Positions 54,523 to 63,498 of a DNA stretch of 64,000 nt are shown here, in pieces. Location: assembly GCF_039680535.1 (NCBI RefSeq), contig NZ_JBDKSS010000017.1, positions 47,650-111,649 of the forward strand, given 5' to 3'. The stretch is from Parvibaculum sp. (GTDB taxonomy: Bacteria; Pseudomonadota; Alphaproteobacteria; Parvibaculales; Parvibaculaceae). Numbering within the stretch: the first letter of the stretch is position 1; each line of letters begins with the position of its first letter. The notes beneath the pieces are model-generated. The model made no database searches, was not told the origin of the DNA, and worked only from the letters and a program-made list of their open reading frames with translations. A program made the position numbers and the translations under genes.

Positions 54523-55254
54523 TTACATAGATGCGCCGCCATTCACGCCGACCACCTGGCCGGTCATGAAGGAAGCGCCGGGGCCTGCGAGAAAGCGGAT
54601 CGCGGCCGCGATTTCTTCCGGCCGGCCAATGCGGCCGAGCGGATTGGACAATTCGGCCTGCCGCCAGTGAACGGGCAGGTTTTCGAAATCGAGCAGCGGC
54701 GTATCGGTCGGCCCGGGGGCCACTGCATTGACGAGAATGTCGGGCCCGAGTTCGCGCGCCCATGTACGCGTCATCGCCTCGATCGCACCCTTGCTCGCGC
54801 AATAGGCTGTATGGCCCGCGCGGCCAAGCGAGGCGAGCTCGGAGCTTACCGTGATGATGCGCCCTCCACGCCCGCGCGCCCGCATGACGCGTGCGACTTC
54901 ACGGCCGACGAGGAAACTTCCGGCGAGATTGACGCCGATCACTTCGTTGAACATGGCAAGCGTCGTCTCGACGAGCGATGCCTCCCGGAAAATGCCGGCC
55001 GCACTCACGAGAATGTCGATGCCGCCGCTTTGCGCGTCGGCCGCAGAGACGGCCGCGATGACCGCGGCCTCGTTGCCGACATCGACGCTGAAAGCGAGAT
55101 GGGACGAAGCAAAGCCCTTCAGCGCCTGCGCCTCAGGCGCACGATCAAAAAGCATGAGGCGCGCGCCGGCCTCCGCCAGCGCGAACGCTGCTGCCCTGCC
55201 GATACCGCTCGCGGCACCCGTCACCAGTGCCGTCTTTCCAGCCAATTCACTCAC
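54523..55254 (-). CDS. SDR-family oxidoreductase
   Basis: TGAASGIGRA cofactor motif and the YCASKGA catalytic YxxxK. Confidence 0.8.
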   Translation of the reverse strand: MSELAGKTALVTGAASGIGRAAAFALAEAGARLMLFDRAPEAQALKGFASSHLAFSVDVGNEAAVIAAVSAADAQSGGIDILVSAAGIFREASLVETTLAMFNEVIGVNLAGSFLVGREVARVMRARGRGGRIITVSSELASLGRAGHTAYCASKGAIEAMTRTWARELGPDILVNAVAPGPTDTPLLDFENLPVHWRQAELSNPLGRIGRPEEIAAAIRFLAGPGASFMTGQVVGVNGGASM

Positions 55255-56021
55255 CCGAGAAACTCTCCGCGATCGACCCCAATCGCCTGTCCGGTAATGT
55301 TGGCGGCAAGCTTGCTCGCCAGAAACACATAAAGGCCCGCTACGTCATCGGGGTTCATCAATCCCGGCAGCGCCTGGCCGGCGTGAATATCGCCCAGCAA
55401 CGCATCCTCGGTCCGCTTGGCGCGCAGCGACATCGCTTTCAGCGACCGCAGCGACGCTTCGGTTCTGACCCAGCCGGGGCAGACCGCATTGACGTTGATG
55501 CCGCGCGGTCCCAGCTCGCGGGCGAAGGTGCGGGTGAGACCGATGACGGCATGTTTCGATGCGATATAGGCAGCGAACCCGCCGACCGCCGACTTGCCCC
55601 AGACGGACGCCGTGTTGACGATGCGCCCGCCCTGCCCCATCAGCGGGAGGGCCGCGCGCGTCACGTTCCATGTTCCCGTCACGTTGATCGCGAGAATGCG
55701 CTCGAAGATTTCGTCGACAGCCAGCGAGAAGTCGTCGAGCGGCGTGATGAGTTCGAGACCGGCATTGTTGATCAAGACGTCCAGCGGACCGAAATCGGAG
55801 AAGATCGCCGCAACGGCCGCGCGGTCGCGCACGTCGCACTGAAAGGATCTGACTGCTGCACCGCCGAGCCGCTTCGCGGCGTCATGCACGCCCGCATCGT
55901 CGGCAAGGATCGAAAGCTCCGCGCCGGCCTCGACGAAGCCCGCCGCAATGCCGTAGCCGATGCCGCGGCTCGCGCCGGTGACGAGTACCTTTTTGCCCAT
56001 GAGGCCAAGCAGATCGTTCAT
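55251..56021 (-). CDS. SDR-family oxidoreductase
   Basis: TGASRGIGYG motif and YIASKHA (YxxxK). The stop overlaps the start of the downstream SDR gene (54523..55254) by 4 nt. Confidence 0.8.
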   Translation of the reverse strand: MNDLLGLMGKKVLVTGASRGIGYGIAAGFVEAGAELSILADDAGVHDAAKRLGGAAVRSFQCDVRDRAAVAAIFSDFGPLDVLINNAGLELITPLDDFSLAVDEIFERILAINVTGTWNVTRAALPLMGQGGRIVNTASVWGKSAVGGFAAYIASKHAVIGLTRTFARELGPRGINVNAVCPGWVRTEASLRSLKAMSLRAKRTEDALLGDIHAGQALPGLMNPDDVAGLYVFLASKLAANITGQAIGVDRGEFLG

Positions 56022-56794
56022 TCTTCCGCTCCCGCGCTCGCCCGAACGAGACGCAGTATCTTGGTTCGCAGATGAAAGAAGGCTTCGCTGTCGCGCAAGG
56101 CGAGCGTCCGCTCGGTCCCCAGAAGCGCGGTGACGTCGATCTCCTCGAGCATCCGCGCTGGCCGCTTCGAGAAGACGATGATGCGGTCGGCGAGAAATAC
56201 CGCTTCGTCGACGTCATGCGTGACGAAGATCACCGTTTTCGCATCTTGCTGCTGAATGAGCCGAAGCTGAAGCTGCAGATCCTCGCGGCGCTGCGCATCG
56301 AGCGCACCAAAGGGCTCGTCCATCAGCAGAATCTCCGAGCCCGCGGCCAGCGTGCGGGCAATGGCGATGCGCTGGCGCATGCCGCCCGACACCTTGTTCG
56401 GATAGACGTTCGCGAAATCGGCAAGACCGACAAGAGCGAGATAATGCGCCAGCCGTTCCTTCTTTTTCTTCGGCGAAATGTCCAGCCGGTACTTCATGCC
56501 GAAAGCGACGTTCTGCGCGACGGTAAGCCAGGGAAATGACGAATAGGACTGGAAGACCATGCCGCGACTGCGATCCGGTCCCTCCACCGGCTGCCCGTCG
56601 ATCGTGATTTGTCCTTTCGACGGCGTTTCCAGGCCGCCGACCATGCGCATCAGCGTCGTCTTGCCCGAGCCGGACGGTCCGAGGAAGACCACGAATTCGC
56701 GGCGTTTCACCTCGAGGTCGAAGCTCGGCGCCACGACTTCGAGCGCGCCGAAGTTTTTCGAGACAGAGTTGAAGACGAGATAAGGTGCGGGCAC
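56018..56794 (-). CDS. ABC transporter ATP-binding protein (NitT/TauT-type)
   Basis: Walker A GPSGSGKTT, signature VSGGMRQR, Walker B LLMDEP. Confidence 0.85.
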   Translation of the reverse strand: MPAPYLVFNSVSKNFGALEVVAPSFDLEVKRREFVVFLGPSGSGKTTLMRMVGGLETPSKGQITIDGQPVEGPDRSRGMVFQSYSSFPWLTVAQNVAFGMKYRLDISPKKKKERLAHYLALVGLADFANVYPNKVSGGMRQRIAIARTLAAGSEILLMDEPFGALDAQRREDLQLQLRLIQQQDAKTVIFVTHDVDEAVFLADRIIVFSKRPARMLEEIDVTALLGTERTLALRDSEAFFHLRTKILRLVRASAGAEE

Positions 56795-56818
56795 GGGGCG
56801 CTGCTTATGACTGATGAC

Positions 56819-57610
56819 TTAGAGATATCGGAACATGAATTTGTGGAGAACGCGAAGCGCCTGATCGGTGAAAAGACCGATGAGACCGATGGCGACGACA
56901 CCCGCCATCACCTCCGACGTGTTCATGTAGCGCCGCGCGGCCCATATGACGAAGCCGAGGCCGCTATCCGCGGCGACGATCTCCGCGATGATGAGATAGG
57001 TCCAGCACCAGCCGAGCGTGACGCGCAGATTGTCGAAGAGGTTCGGCAGCATGGCGCGGAAGGCGACGTCGGAGAGCATCTGCGTCGGCCGCGCGCCGAC
57101 CGTGTAGGCGATCTCGATGTATTCCTGCGGCACGCGGCGCATGTCATCTGCGACGAGCAACAGAAGCTGGAAGAAGGTACCGAGCCAGAGCAGGAAGATC
57201 TTGGTCTCCTCGCCAACGCCGAACCAGATGATGCTGAGCGGTACGAGGGCCGGCACCGGCAGGTAGCGGATGAAGTCGACGATCGGCTCGAGCGCCGCCC
57301 CCACCGCCGGAAAACTGCTCATGACCATGCCGAGGGGGATGGCCATGACGACGGAAAGTCCGAAGGCCAGCCAGACGCGTCCCGTTGAAACCATCGCATG
57401 ATAGAGGAGGTTCTTCTCCTCGATCATGTCGATGAGCGTCGCGAAGGCCGTGCTCGGCGGCGGAAAGAAAAGTGCATTCATCCAGCCGAACCGCGTCGCC
57501 ACCTCCCAGAGCGCCAGCACGGCAACGCTTGCGAGGACGGCGATCATCAACCGCCGTCCGCGCGGCAACGTGCCGCGAAAGGAAAGTCCCTGGGAGGGGC
57601 GTTCGCTCAT
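56819..57610 (-). CDS. ABC transporter permease
   Basis: Six hydrophobic helices. Located between the binding-protein and ATPase genes. Confidence 0.8.
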   Translation of the reverse strand: MSERPSQGLSFRGTLPRGRRLMIAVLASVAVLALWEVATRFGWMNALFFPPPSTAFATLIDMIEEKNLLYHAMVSTGRVWLAFGLSVVMAIPLGMVMSSFPAVGAALEPIVDFIRYLPVPALVPLSIIWFGVGEETKIFLLWLGTFFQLLLLVADDMRRVPQEYIEIAYTVGARPTQMLSDVAFRAMLPNLFDNLRVTLGWCWTYLIIAEIVAADSGLGFVIWAARRYMNTSEVMAGVVAIGLIGLFTDQALRVLHKFMFRYL

Positions 57611-58611
57611 TTCAGATCGCTCGCACTGATCTTCGCCATGATGGAGCTGTCGATCTGCTTCGCCGCCACGAGCTTGTGATCGGCGGCGCCGTTCTCGAGA
57701 TTGAGCTGCATCACGGTACCGAAAATGCCGTAGAGCGAACCGGGCTTTGCAGGCGTGCCGAAATATTCCGCCGTGTCCTTGTAGGACGTATAGACGAGGC
57801 TGCCTTCGATCGAGTCCGAAAATTCCTGCGGCTTCAGGTTGAAATGCGGCGCCGCGAGTTTGATAAAGTCCGCCTTGTTGGTCTTGAAGTATTCGATCGC
57901 CTTGAAGATGCCGATCAGAAATTTCCGGTATTTCTCGGGATTGGCCTTCAGATCGTCCTGCCGCACGATGATGACGTCGATGATGATGCCCCGATAATCG
58001 CTCGACGAGACCAGCACCTTCGGGCTGCGCATCTTGATCTTGTCCAGCGCCTGCGACAGGAAGGGCTGATAGGTCGCGACCGCGGCGATCGAACTGTCTG
58101 CGAAGACGGCGACCGTATCGGCCGTCGCAATCTGCTTCACGTTGAGGTCGTTGAGCGTCATTCCCTTCTTCTTCAGCGCAAGCTGCAGGAGAAGGCGCGC
58201 TGGAATATTGGGTTCGGAAGCGACCGTCTTGCCTTTGAGGTCCTCCACTGACTTGATCGATCCGTCGGCGACAACGCCGTCACCGCCCAGTGACTCGTCG
58301 ATCGTGCCGATGATGATGCCAGGCGTATCCGCGTCGCGCGGCTTGCCCTGATATTCGCCCACCGTGCGCATATCCATCTCGATATCGCCACGCGCCATGG
58401 CCGCCATCACGTTCGGCCGTTCGTCCTCGAACTTGATGTCGACATCGATACCCAGCGCCTTGAAATAGCCGAGGTCGTTGGCGACGAAGACCGGCGCATA
58501 GCCGCTCCAGGTCGGACAGAGAATCCTGATTTTATCGTCGGCATGGGCAGCGCTCGCGGACATGGCCACCGCCAGCCCGAAACCCGCTGCGAGGATACGC
58601 TTGAAAGACAT
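57607..58611 (-). CDS. ABC transporter periplasmic substrate-binding protein (NMT1/TauA-like)
   Basis: I moved the start to ATG 58611 (MSFKRILAAGFGLAVAMSASAAHA signal peptide). Confidence 0.75.
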   Translation of the reverse strand: MSFKRILAAGFGLAVAMSASAAHADDKIRILCPTWSGYAPVFVANDLGYFKALGIDVDIKFEDERPNVMAAMARGDIEMDMRTVGEYQGKPRDADTPGIIIGTIDESLGGDGVVADGSIKSVEDLKGKTVASEPNIPARLLLQLALKKKGMTLNDLNVKQIATADTVAVFADSSIAAVATYQPFLSQALDKIKMRSPKVLVSSSDYRGIIIDVIIVRQDDLKANPEKYRKFLIGIFKAIEYFKTNKADFIKLAAPHFNLKPQEFSDSIEGSLVYTSYKDTAEYFGTPAKPGSLYGIFGTVMQLNLENGAADHKLVAAKQIDSSIMAKISASDLK

Positions 58612-58673
58612 GGATTTGCCCCTTCTTTGGCCAGTTGACGCCAGTCTGCCCCATGAGGGTCCCTGAAATTTAC

Positions 58674-58691
58674 ATTGATAGAAATATCGAT
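58674..58691. promoter_or_regulatory. Candidate LysR-type operator (imperfect inverted repeat ATTGATA-N4-TATCGAT)
   Basis: It lies in the AT-rich 148-bp divergent region between the ABC operon and lysR. Adjacent ATTTACAT (58668..58675) recurs downstream of lysR. Confidence 0.3.
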
Positions 58692-58759
58692 TATTCAAAT
58701 AATAGATTTGAAAACGCCGATGTAAAAGACCGGACCGAACACACACGGGAGAACCGCCC

Positions 58760-59686
58760 ATGCGCAGGCTCGACAATATCGATCTCCGCCTGCTCCGGGT
58801 CTTCGTGACACTGGTCGACGCGGGCAGCTTTGCGGACGCCCAGATCGCCCTCAACCTTTCCCAGCCTACGCTCAGCACACATCTGGCGGCCCTTGAACGC
58901 AAGCTTGGCGGCTCTCTTTGTGTGCGTGGTCGCCGCGGCTTTCAAATGACGCCCTTCGGCGAAGCGACCTATACCGCCGCCCAGAAGCTCTTCTCGGACA
59001 TTCACACCTTCGAGGAACGGGTCGGCCAGCACACGGGCCAGCTCGCCGGCCGGCTCCGGATCGGCATCGTCGACGGCGTGGTGACCAACCCCGTCTTCAG
59101 CCTGCCCGCCATTATCGGCCGCTATCTCGAAAATTCGGACAGTGTCTTCATCGATCTCGAACTCGGCACGCCGCACCTCCTCGAGCAGGCCGTCGCCGAC
59201 GGGCGGCGCGACATCGCCATCGGCCCTTTTTCCCAAAAGGCACCGGGCGTCACCTATGTCTCGCTCCATCAGGAGCCGCATGGGCTCTTTTGCGGTCGCG
59301 GCCACGCCCTTTTCGACATGCCGGCGGGCAAGATCACTCCGGCCCATATCGAGGATGCGCTCTTTTCTGTGCGCGGCTATCGCCAGTTCGACGACCTCTA
59401 CCGTGCCAATCACCCCCGCGCGAGCGGTCAGGTGGTGCAGATGGAGGCTCAGGTGATGATGATCCTGTCGGGCCGTTTCATCGGCTTCCTGCCGCGCCAT
59501 ATCGCCGACGACTGGGTGAAGCAGAAGCAGATGCGGGAACTGAAGCCCTCGACCTACCAGTTCCTTTCCACCCATTTCGCCGCCTATCGCCGGAGCGACG
59601 AGAAGCGTCCTCTGATCACGAGTTTCGTTCGGCTGTTGAGGCAACAGGCGGCGGCCATGCGCAAGACGGGCAGCACCGCGGTCTGA
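58760..59686 (+). CDS. LysR-family transcriptional regulator
   Basis: N-terminal HTH LRVFVTLVDAGSFADAQIALNLSQPTLSTHLAALE. Length is 308 aa. Confidence 0.85.
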   Translation: MRRLDNIDLRLLRVFVTLVDAGSFADAQIALNLSQPTLSTHLAALERKLGGSLCVRGRRGFQMTPFGEATYTAAQKLFSDIHTFEERVGQHTGQLAGRLRIGIVDGVVTNPVFSLPAIIGRYLENSDSVFIDLELGTPHLLEQAVADGRRDIAIGPFSQKAPGVTYVSLHQEPHGLFCGRGHALFDMPAGKITPAHIEDALFSVRGYRQFDDLYRANHPRASGQVVQMEAQVMMILSGRFIGFLPRHIADDWVKQKQMRELKPSTYQFLSTHFAAYRRSDEKRPLITSFVRLLRQQAAAMRKTGSTAV

Positions 59687-59697
59687 AACGGACCTAT

Positions 59698-59721
59698 TTA
59701 CATCTATGATTTCGGATGTAA
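59698..59721. promoter_or_regulatory. Candidate operator: perfect 7-bp inverted repeat TTACATC-N10-GATGTAA
   Basis: Read directly from the sequence, in the AT-rich gap between lysR and the Rieske oxygenase gene. It contains ATTTACAT (59696..59703). Confidence 0.35.
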
Positions 59722-59804
59722 TTCACAGAAATTCATTATTTATCTCGATATATGCCTGCGGCATGCTTCGCTGAGAAGAGCCCTCCCGCTTCGGAGATCA
59801 GTAG

Positions 59805-61052
59805 ATGAGTGCCGCCCTCTCCAGCCCCATGAAAGCCGGCGCGATGCGCCAGCCACAGGACATCGACGGGATCCGGCGCGAAATCGCGGAAGCGGCGCCC
59901 CAACCGCTCGCGCGAGCAGTCACACTGCCGAAGGCTGCCTATACGAGCGAGGATTATTTCCGTCATGAAGCCGACGCCGTGCTTTCCTCCGGCTGGCTCT
60001 GCATCGCCCATGTCTCGCAACTGAAGGCACCCGGCAGCTACATCGCCGTCGACCTTCTCGACGAGCCGCTGGTCGCGGTCCGCGACGAGACGGGTGCCGT
60101 CCGCGTGCTGTCGCGCATCTGTCCGCATCGCGGCACCGACATTCTGCATGAATGCTTCGGCAAGCCTCGCGAGGGCACGACGCGGCGCCTCACCTGCCCT
60201 TACCACGTATGGGCCTTCGACCTTTCGGGTAAACTCGTAAGTGCGCCGGAGAGGGAACGCGCCGAGGGCTTCGTCAAGGGCGACTGGTCGCTCCCCACCA
60301 TCCGCTCGGAAATCTGGCATGGCTTCCTCTTCGTCAATCTGGACGGAAAGGCTTCACCTCTCGCCGGGCAATATGCCGATTTCGGCGAAGCCATCGCTCC
60401 ATGGAACACGGAAGAGATGGAGGTCGTCATCGAGCTTCAATGGGAATGCGACTTCAACTGGAAGGTGATGATCGAGAACTGGATGGAGTCCTACCACCAC
60501 ATGGGCATCCATCACGACACGCTGCAGGTGACCATGCCCGCGCGCACCACCTGGACCGATCCCGAGCATCCGCATTTCATCCGCTGTCACCTGCCCTTCC
60601 GGCCGGAGCTTGCCGAAGAGCTGCGCGAGATCGCTGCGGGTACAAAACCATGGAGCGGTTTCAAGCCTGTCGACGGCTTGCCCATCGACCGCCAGACGGA
60701 ATGGGGCCTTTATCTCGGCTATCCCGGCTTCATGTTCCTCACCATGCGCGATCGTGTGCTCTGGTATCGGCTCGAACCCGTTTCCGCCAGCCGCTGCAGG
60801 CTTTCCACCATGACGCTGATCTCGAAAGAGGCACGCGCCGATCCTTCATTCGACGAGGTGATAGAGGCGGAAACGAAGATGCTTTCAGATTTCCACGCGC
60901 AGGACATGCAGGTAAACCAGGCCGTGCAGAAAGGATTGAAATCCGCCCATGTGGTGCGTGGCCGGTTGAGCCATCTCGAAGAGCCTGTCTGGCTGATCCA
61001 GCGATACCTCGCCGCGCGCCTGGACGGGCGCTATCCGGAACGCGCAATATGA
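59805..61052 (+). CDS. Rieske [2Fe-2S] non-heme-iron oxygenase, alpha-subunit type
   Basis: Rieske motif CPHRG...CPYHVWAF, followed by a catalytic domain with WMESYHHMGIHHD. Confidence 0.8.
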   Translation: MSAALSSPMKAGAMRQPQDIDGIRREIAEAAPQPLARAVTLPKAAYTSEDYFRHEADAVLSSGWLCIAHVSQLKAPGSYIAVDLLDEPLVAVRDETGAVRVLSRICPHRGTDILHECFGKPREGTTRRLTCPYHVWAFDLSGKLVSAPERERAEGFVKGDWSLPTIRSEIWHGFLFVNLDGKASPLAGQYADFGEAIAPWNTEEMEVVIELQWECDFNWKVMIENWMESYHHMGIHHDTLQVTMPARTTWTDPEHPHFIRCHLPFRPELAEELREIAAGTKPWSGFKPVDGLPIDRQTEWGLYLGYPGFMFLTMRDRVLWYRLEPVSASRCRLSTMTLISKEARADPSFDEVIEAETKMLSDFHAQDMQVNQAVQKGLKSAHVVRGRLSHLEEPVWLIQRYLAARLDGRYPERAI

Positions 61053-62080
61053 CCGTGCTTCAGGAACGAACGGCTTCGCTCGACCGCCTCGATCTCTCGG
61101 CAAAGAAACTCGACTTCGATTCCATCCCGCTGATCGACATCGCGGACCTGACCCATCCGGACCGCGCCAGGCGCGAAACCGTGGCGCGCAAGATCGGCGA
61201 GGCTTGCGAACATGTCGGCTTCTTCTATGTCACCAATCACGGTGTGCCGCAGGCGTTGCTCGACGCGATCTACGGTGTCGCCGACCGCTTCTTCGCAATG
61301 CCGACGGAAGAAAAACTTAAGGTCGACATCCACAAGGCGGACCGTCATCGCGGCTATGTTCCCGTCGGCGGTCTCCATGCCGACGCGCATAACACGGGTT
61401 CGCACGATCTGCAGGAAGGCTTCGAGCTGTCGCTCGAATTGCCGGAAACGGATCCCGACTATCTCGCCGGCAATCCGATGTACGGGCCGAACGTCTGGCC
61501 GGAGCATCCGGCCGACTTCAAGGAAATCGCAAACGGCTATTACAGTGAGATGATCTCGCTCGGCCGTCGCCTCTTCGGCGGCTTCGCGCTGGCGCTCGGC
61601 CTTGAAGAGAGCTGGTTCGAGCCGAAGATCGAAAAGCCGATGGGTCAGCTCCGCGTGCTTTATTACCCGCCACAGGCCGGCACCGTGGATCCGAACCAGA
61701 TCGGCATCGGCGCGCATACCGATTACGAGTGCTTCACCATTCTCGCACAGAGCGAGCACGGCCTTCAGGTGCAGAACCGCAAGGGCGAATGGATTGCCGC
61801 CCCGCCCATTCCCGGTGCCTTCGTCGTCAATATCGGCGACTGCATGCAGCGCTGGACCAACGACCGTTTCCGCTCGACGGTCCACCGCGTCATCAACCTG
61901 TCGGGGAAAAAGCGCTACAGCCTCGCCTTCTTCTACGGCGCCAATTATCACGCGACGATTGAGTGCCTGCCGACCTGCCAGGACAAAGCGAACCCGCCGC
62001 GCCACCCGCCGGTGAAAGCCGGCGACTGGACCGTGGCGAACATCAAGGCTGCCTATACCTATGTGCCCAAAGCGATCTAG
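61049..62080 (+). CDS. 2-oxoglutarate/Fe(II)-dependent oxygenase (isopenicillin-N-synthase family)
   Basis: I set the start to ATG 61049, which overlaps the Rieske stop (ATGA). GAHTDYECFTIL provides HxD, and the distal RFRSTVHRV is present. Confidence 0.8.
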   Translation: MTVLQERTASLDRLDLSAKKLDFDSIPLIDIADLTHPDRARRETVARKIGEACEHVGFFYVTNHGVPQALLDAIYGVADRFFAMPTEEKLKVDIHKADRHRGYVPVGGLHADAHNTGSHDLQEGFELSLELPETDPDYLAGNPMYGPNVWPEHPADFKEIANGYYSEMISLGRRLFGGFALALGLEESWFEPKIEKPMGQLRVLYYPPQAGTVDPNQIGIGAHTDYECFTILAQSEHGLQVQNRKGEWIAAPPIPGAFVVNIGDCMQRWTNDRFRSTVHRVINLSGKKRYSLAFFYGANYHATIECLPTCQDKANPPRHPPVKAGDWTVANIKAAYTYVPKAI

Positions 62081-63498
62081 CGATCGGCCAGCTTCGGTCC
62101 GTTCTGCTCCCAGCCGCCGCCGAGGGCCCTGACCAGGGCAATGGCCGCCTGTTGCCTGCGCGTCTGCACATTGAGCGCCGCCATTTCGGCCTGAAGCTCG
62201 GCCGTCTGCGCGGTCACGACGCCCAGATAGTCGGCCGCGCCTTCCTTGTATTGAACAAAGGCAAGCTTGTTGGTGCGCGAGGCGGCTGCAACCGAATCGT
62301 CCTGATGCTTGGCTTCCTCCGCCAGCCGGTTCGCCAGCGCCATCTCGTCCTCGACCTCGCGGAAGCTGTCCAGCACCGTCTGGCGATAATTGGCGGCCGC
62401 TTCATCAAACTGCCCATGCGCGACCTTGAGTGCGGCCGTGCGCTCGCCGCCGTCGAAAATCGACAGCACGGCCACAGCCGGACCCAATGCCCAGAAGGCG
62501 CTCGGCGCGCTCAGGAGGTTACCACGGACGCTCTCAAATCCGCCGGACAGGCCGAGCGTGATGTCGGGGTAGAATGCCGCTCTCTGAACGCCGATGCCGG
62601 CATTCGCCGCCGCCACGCGCCGCTCCGCGGCTGCGATGTCGGGACGCCGTTGCAGAAGGAGCGACGGCGCCGTCACCGGGACCAACGGGATCACGATTGT
62701 CTGCACCGCCGGCGCGATCGAGAAGGTGGAGGCGGGTTCGCCGACCAGCGATGCGATCGCATGTTCGAGAAGCGCGCGATCCGCGCCGACATCGGAGAGT
62801 TGCGCCTTCGCCGACGCCAGTTGCGTCTCTGCACGACCAACGTCGATGGCCGAGGATGCGCCGCCGGAATGAAGTGTGACCGTCAGCTTCAATGCCTTGT
62901 CGAAGGCATCCACCGTGTCGGACAGGAGCGCCATTTCAGCGTCGAGGCCGCGCAGACGCAGGTAGTCGTCCGCGAGTTCCGCCTGAAGGCTCAGATGCAC
63001 CGATGCAAGATCGGCGGCACTCGCCTGCTCGTCGGCATCGCCTTGCGCCACGAGATTGCGCACCCGACCCCAGAGATCGAGTTCGTAGCTCGCGGCAAGA
63101 CCGCCGACATAGTCGTTATAGACCGCCGGCTTGGTTTGAAGCGGTCGATTTGCCGAAAGGCGATCGCGCTCCGCGCTCGTTTCGAGATCGAGCGAGGGAA
63201 AGAGCGACGAGCGGGCCTGCCCCGCAAGACCGCGCGCCTGATCGTAGCGCGCGACGGCAGCGGCGAGACGTGGACTGTTCTTTTCGATGCGCTGCTCGAG
63301 CCCGTCGAGTATGGGATCCGGGAATATGCTCCACCATGCGCCACGCTGCACATCGTCCGCCGGCGTCGCCGGAGACCACGGCCCCACTTCCTTATAGGAA
63401 ACGGGCACCGCAATTTTGGGCGGCGTGTAGTCTGGCGCCATGTCACAGCCTGCCACCGCCAGAGCGAGAGCGACGGACAGAATTCTAGCTGTTTGCAT
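62077..63498 (-). CDS. Efflux outer-membrane factor lipoprotein (NodT family)
   Basis: I moved the start to ATG 63498 (MQTARILSVALALAVAG|C lipobox). The OMF repeats are TolC-like. Confidence 0.8.
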   Translation of the reverse strand: MQTARILSVALALAVAGCDMAPDYTPPKIAVPVSYKEVGPWSPATPADDVQRGAWWSIFPDPILDGLEQRIEKNSPRLAAAVARYDQARGLAGQARSSLFPSLDLETSAERDRLSANRPLQTKPAVYNDYVGGLAASYELDLWGRVRNLVAQGDADEQASAADLASVHLSLQAELADDYLRLRGLDAEMALLSDTVDAFDKALKLTVTLHSGGASSAIDVGRAETQLASAKAQLSDVGADRALLEHAIASLVGEPASTFSIAPAVQTIVIPLVPVTAPSLLLQRRPDIAAAERRVAAANAGIGVQRAAFYPDITLGLSGGFESVRGNLLSAPSAFWALGPAVAVLSIFDGGERTAALKVAHGQFDEAAANYRQTVLDSFREVEDEMALANRLAEEAKHQDDSVAAASRTNKLAFVQYKEGAADYLGVVTAQTAELQAEMAALNVQTRRQQAAIALVRALGGGWEQNGPKLADR

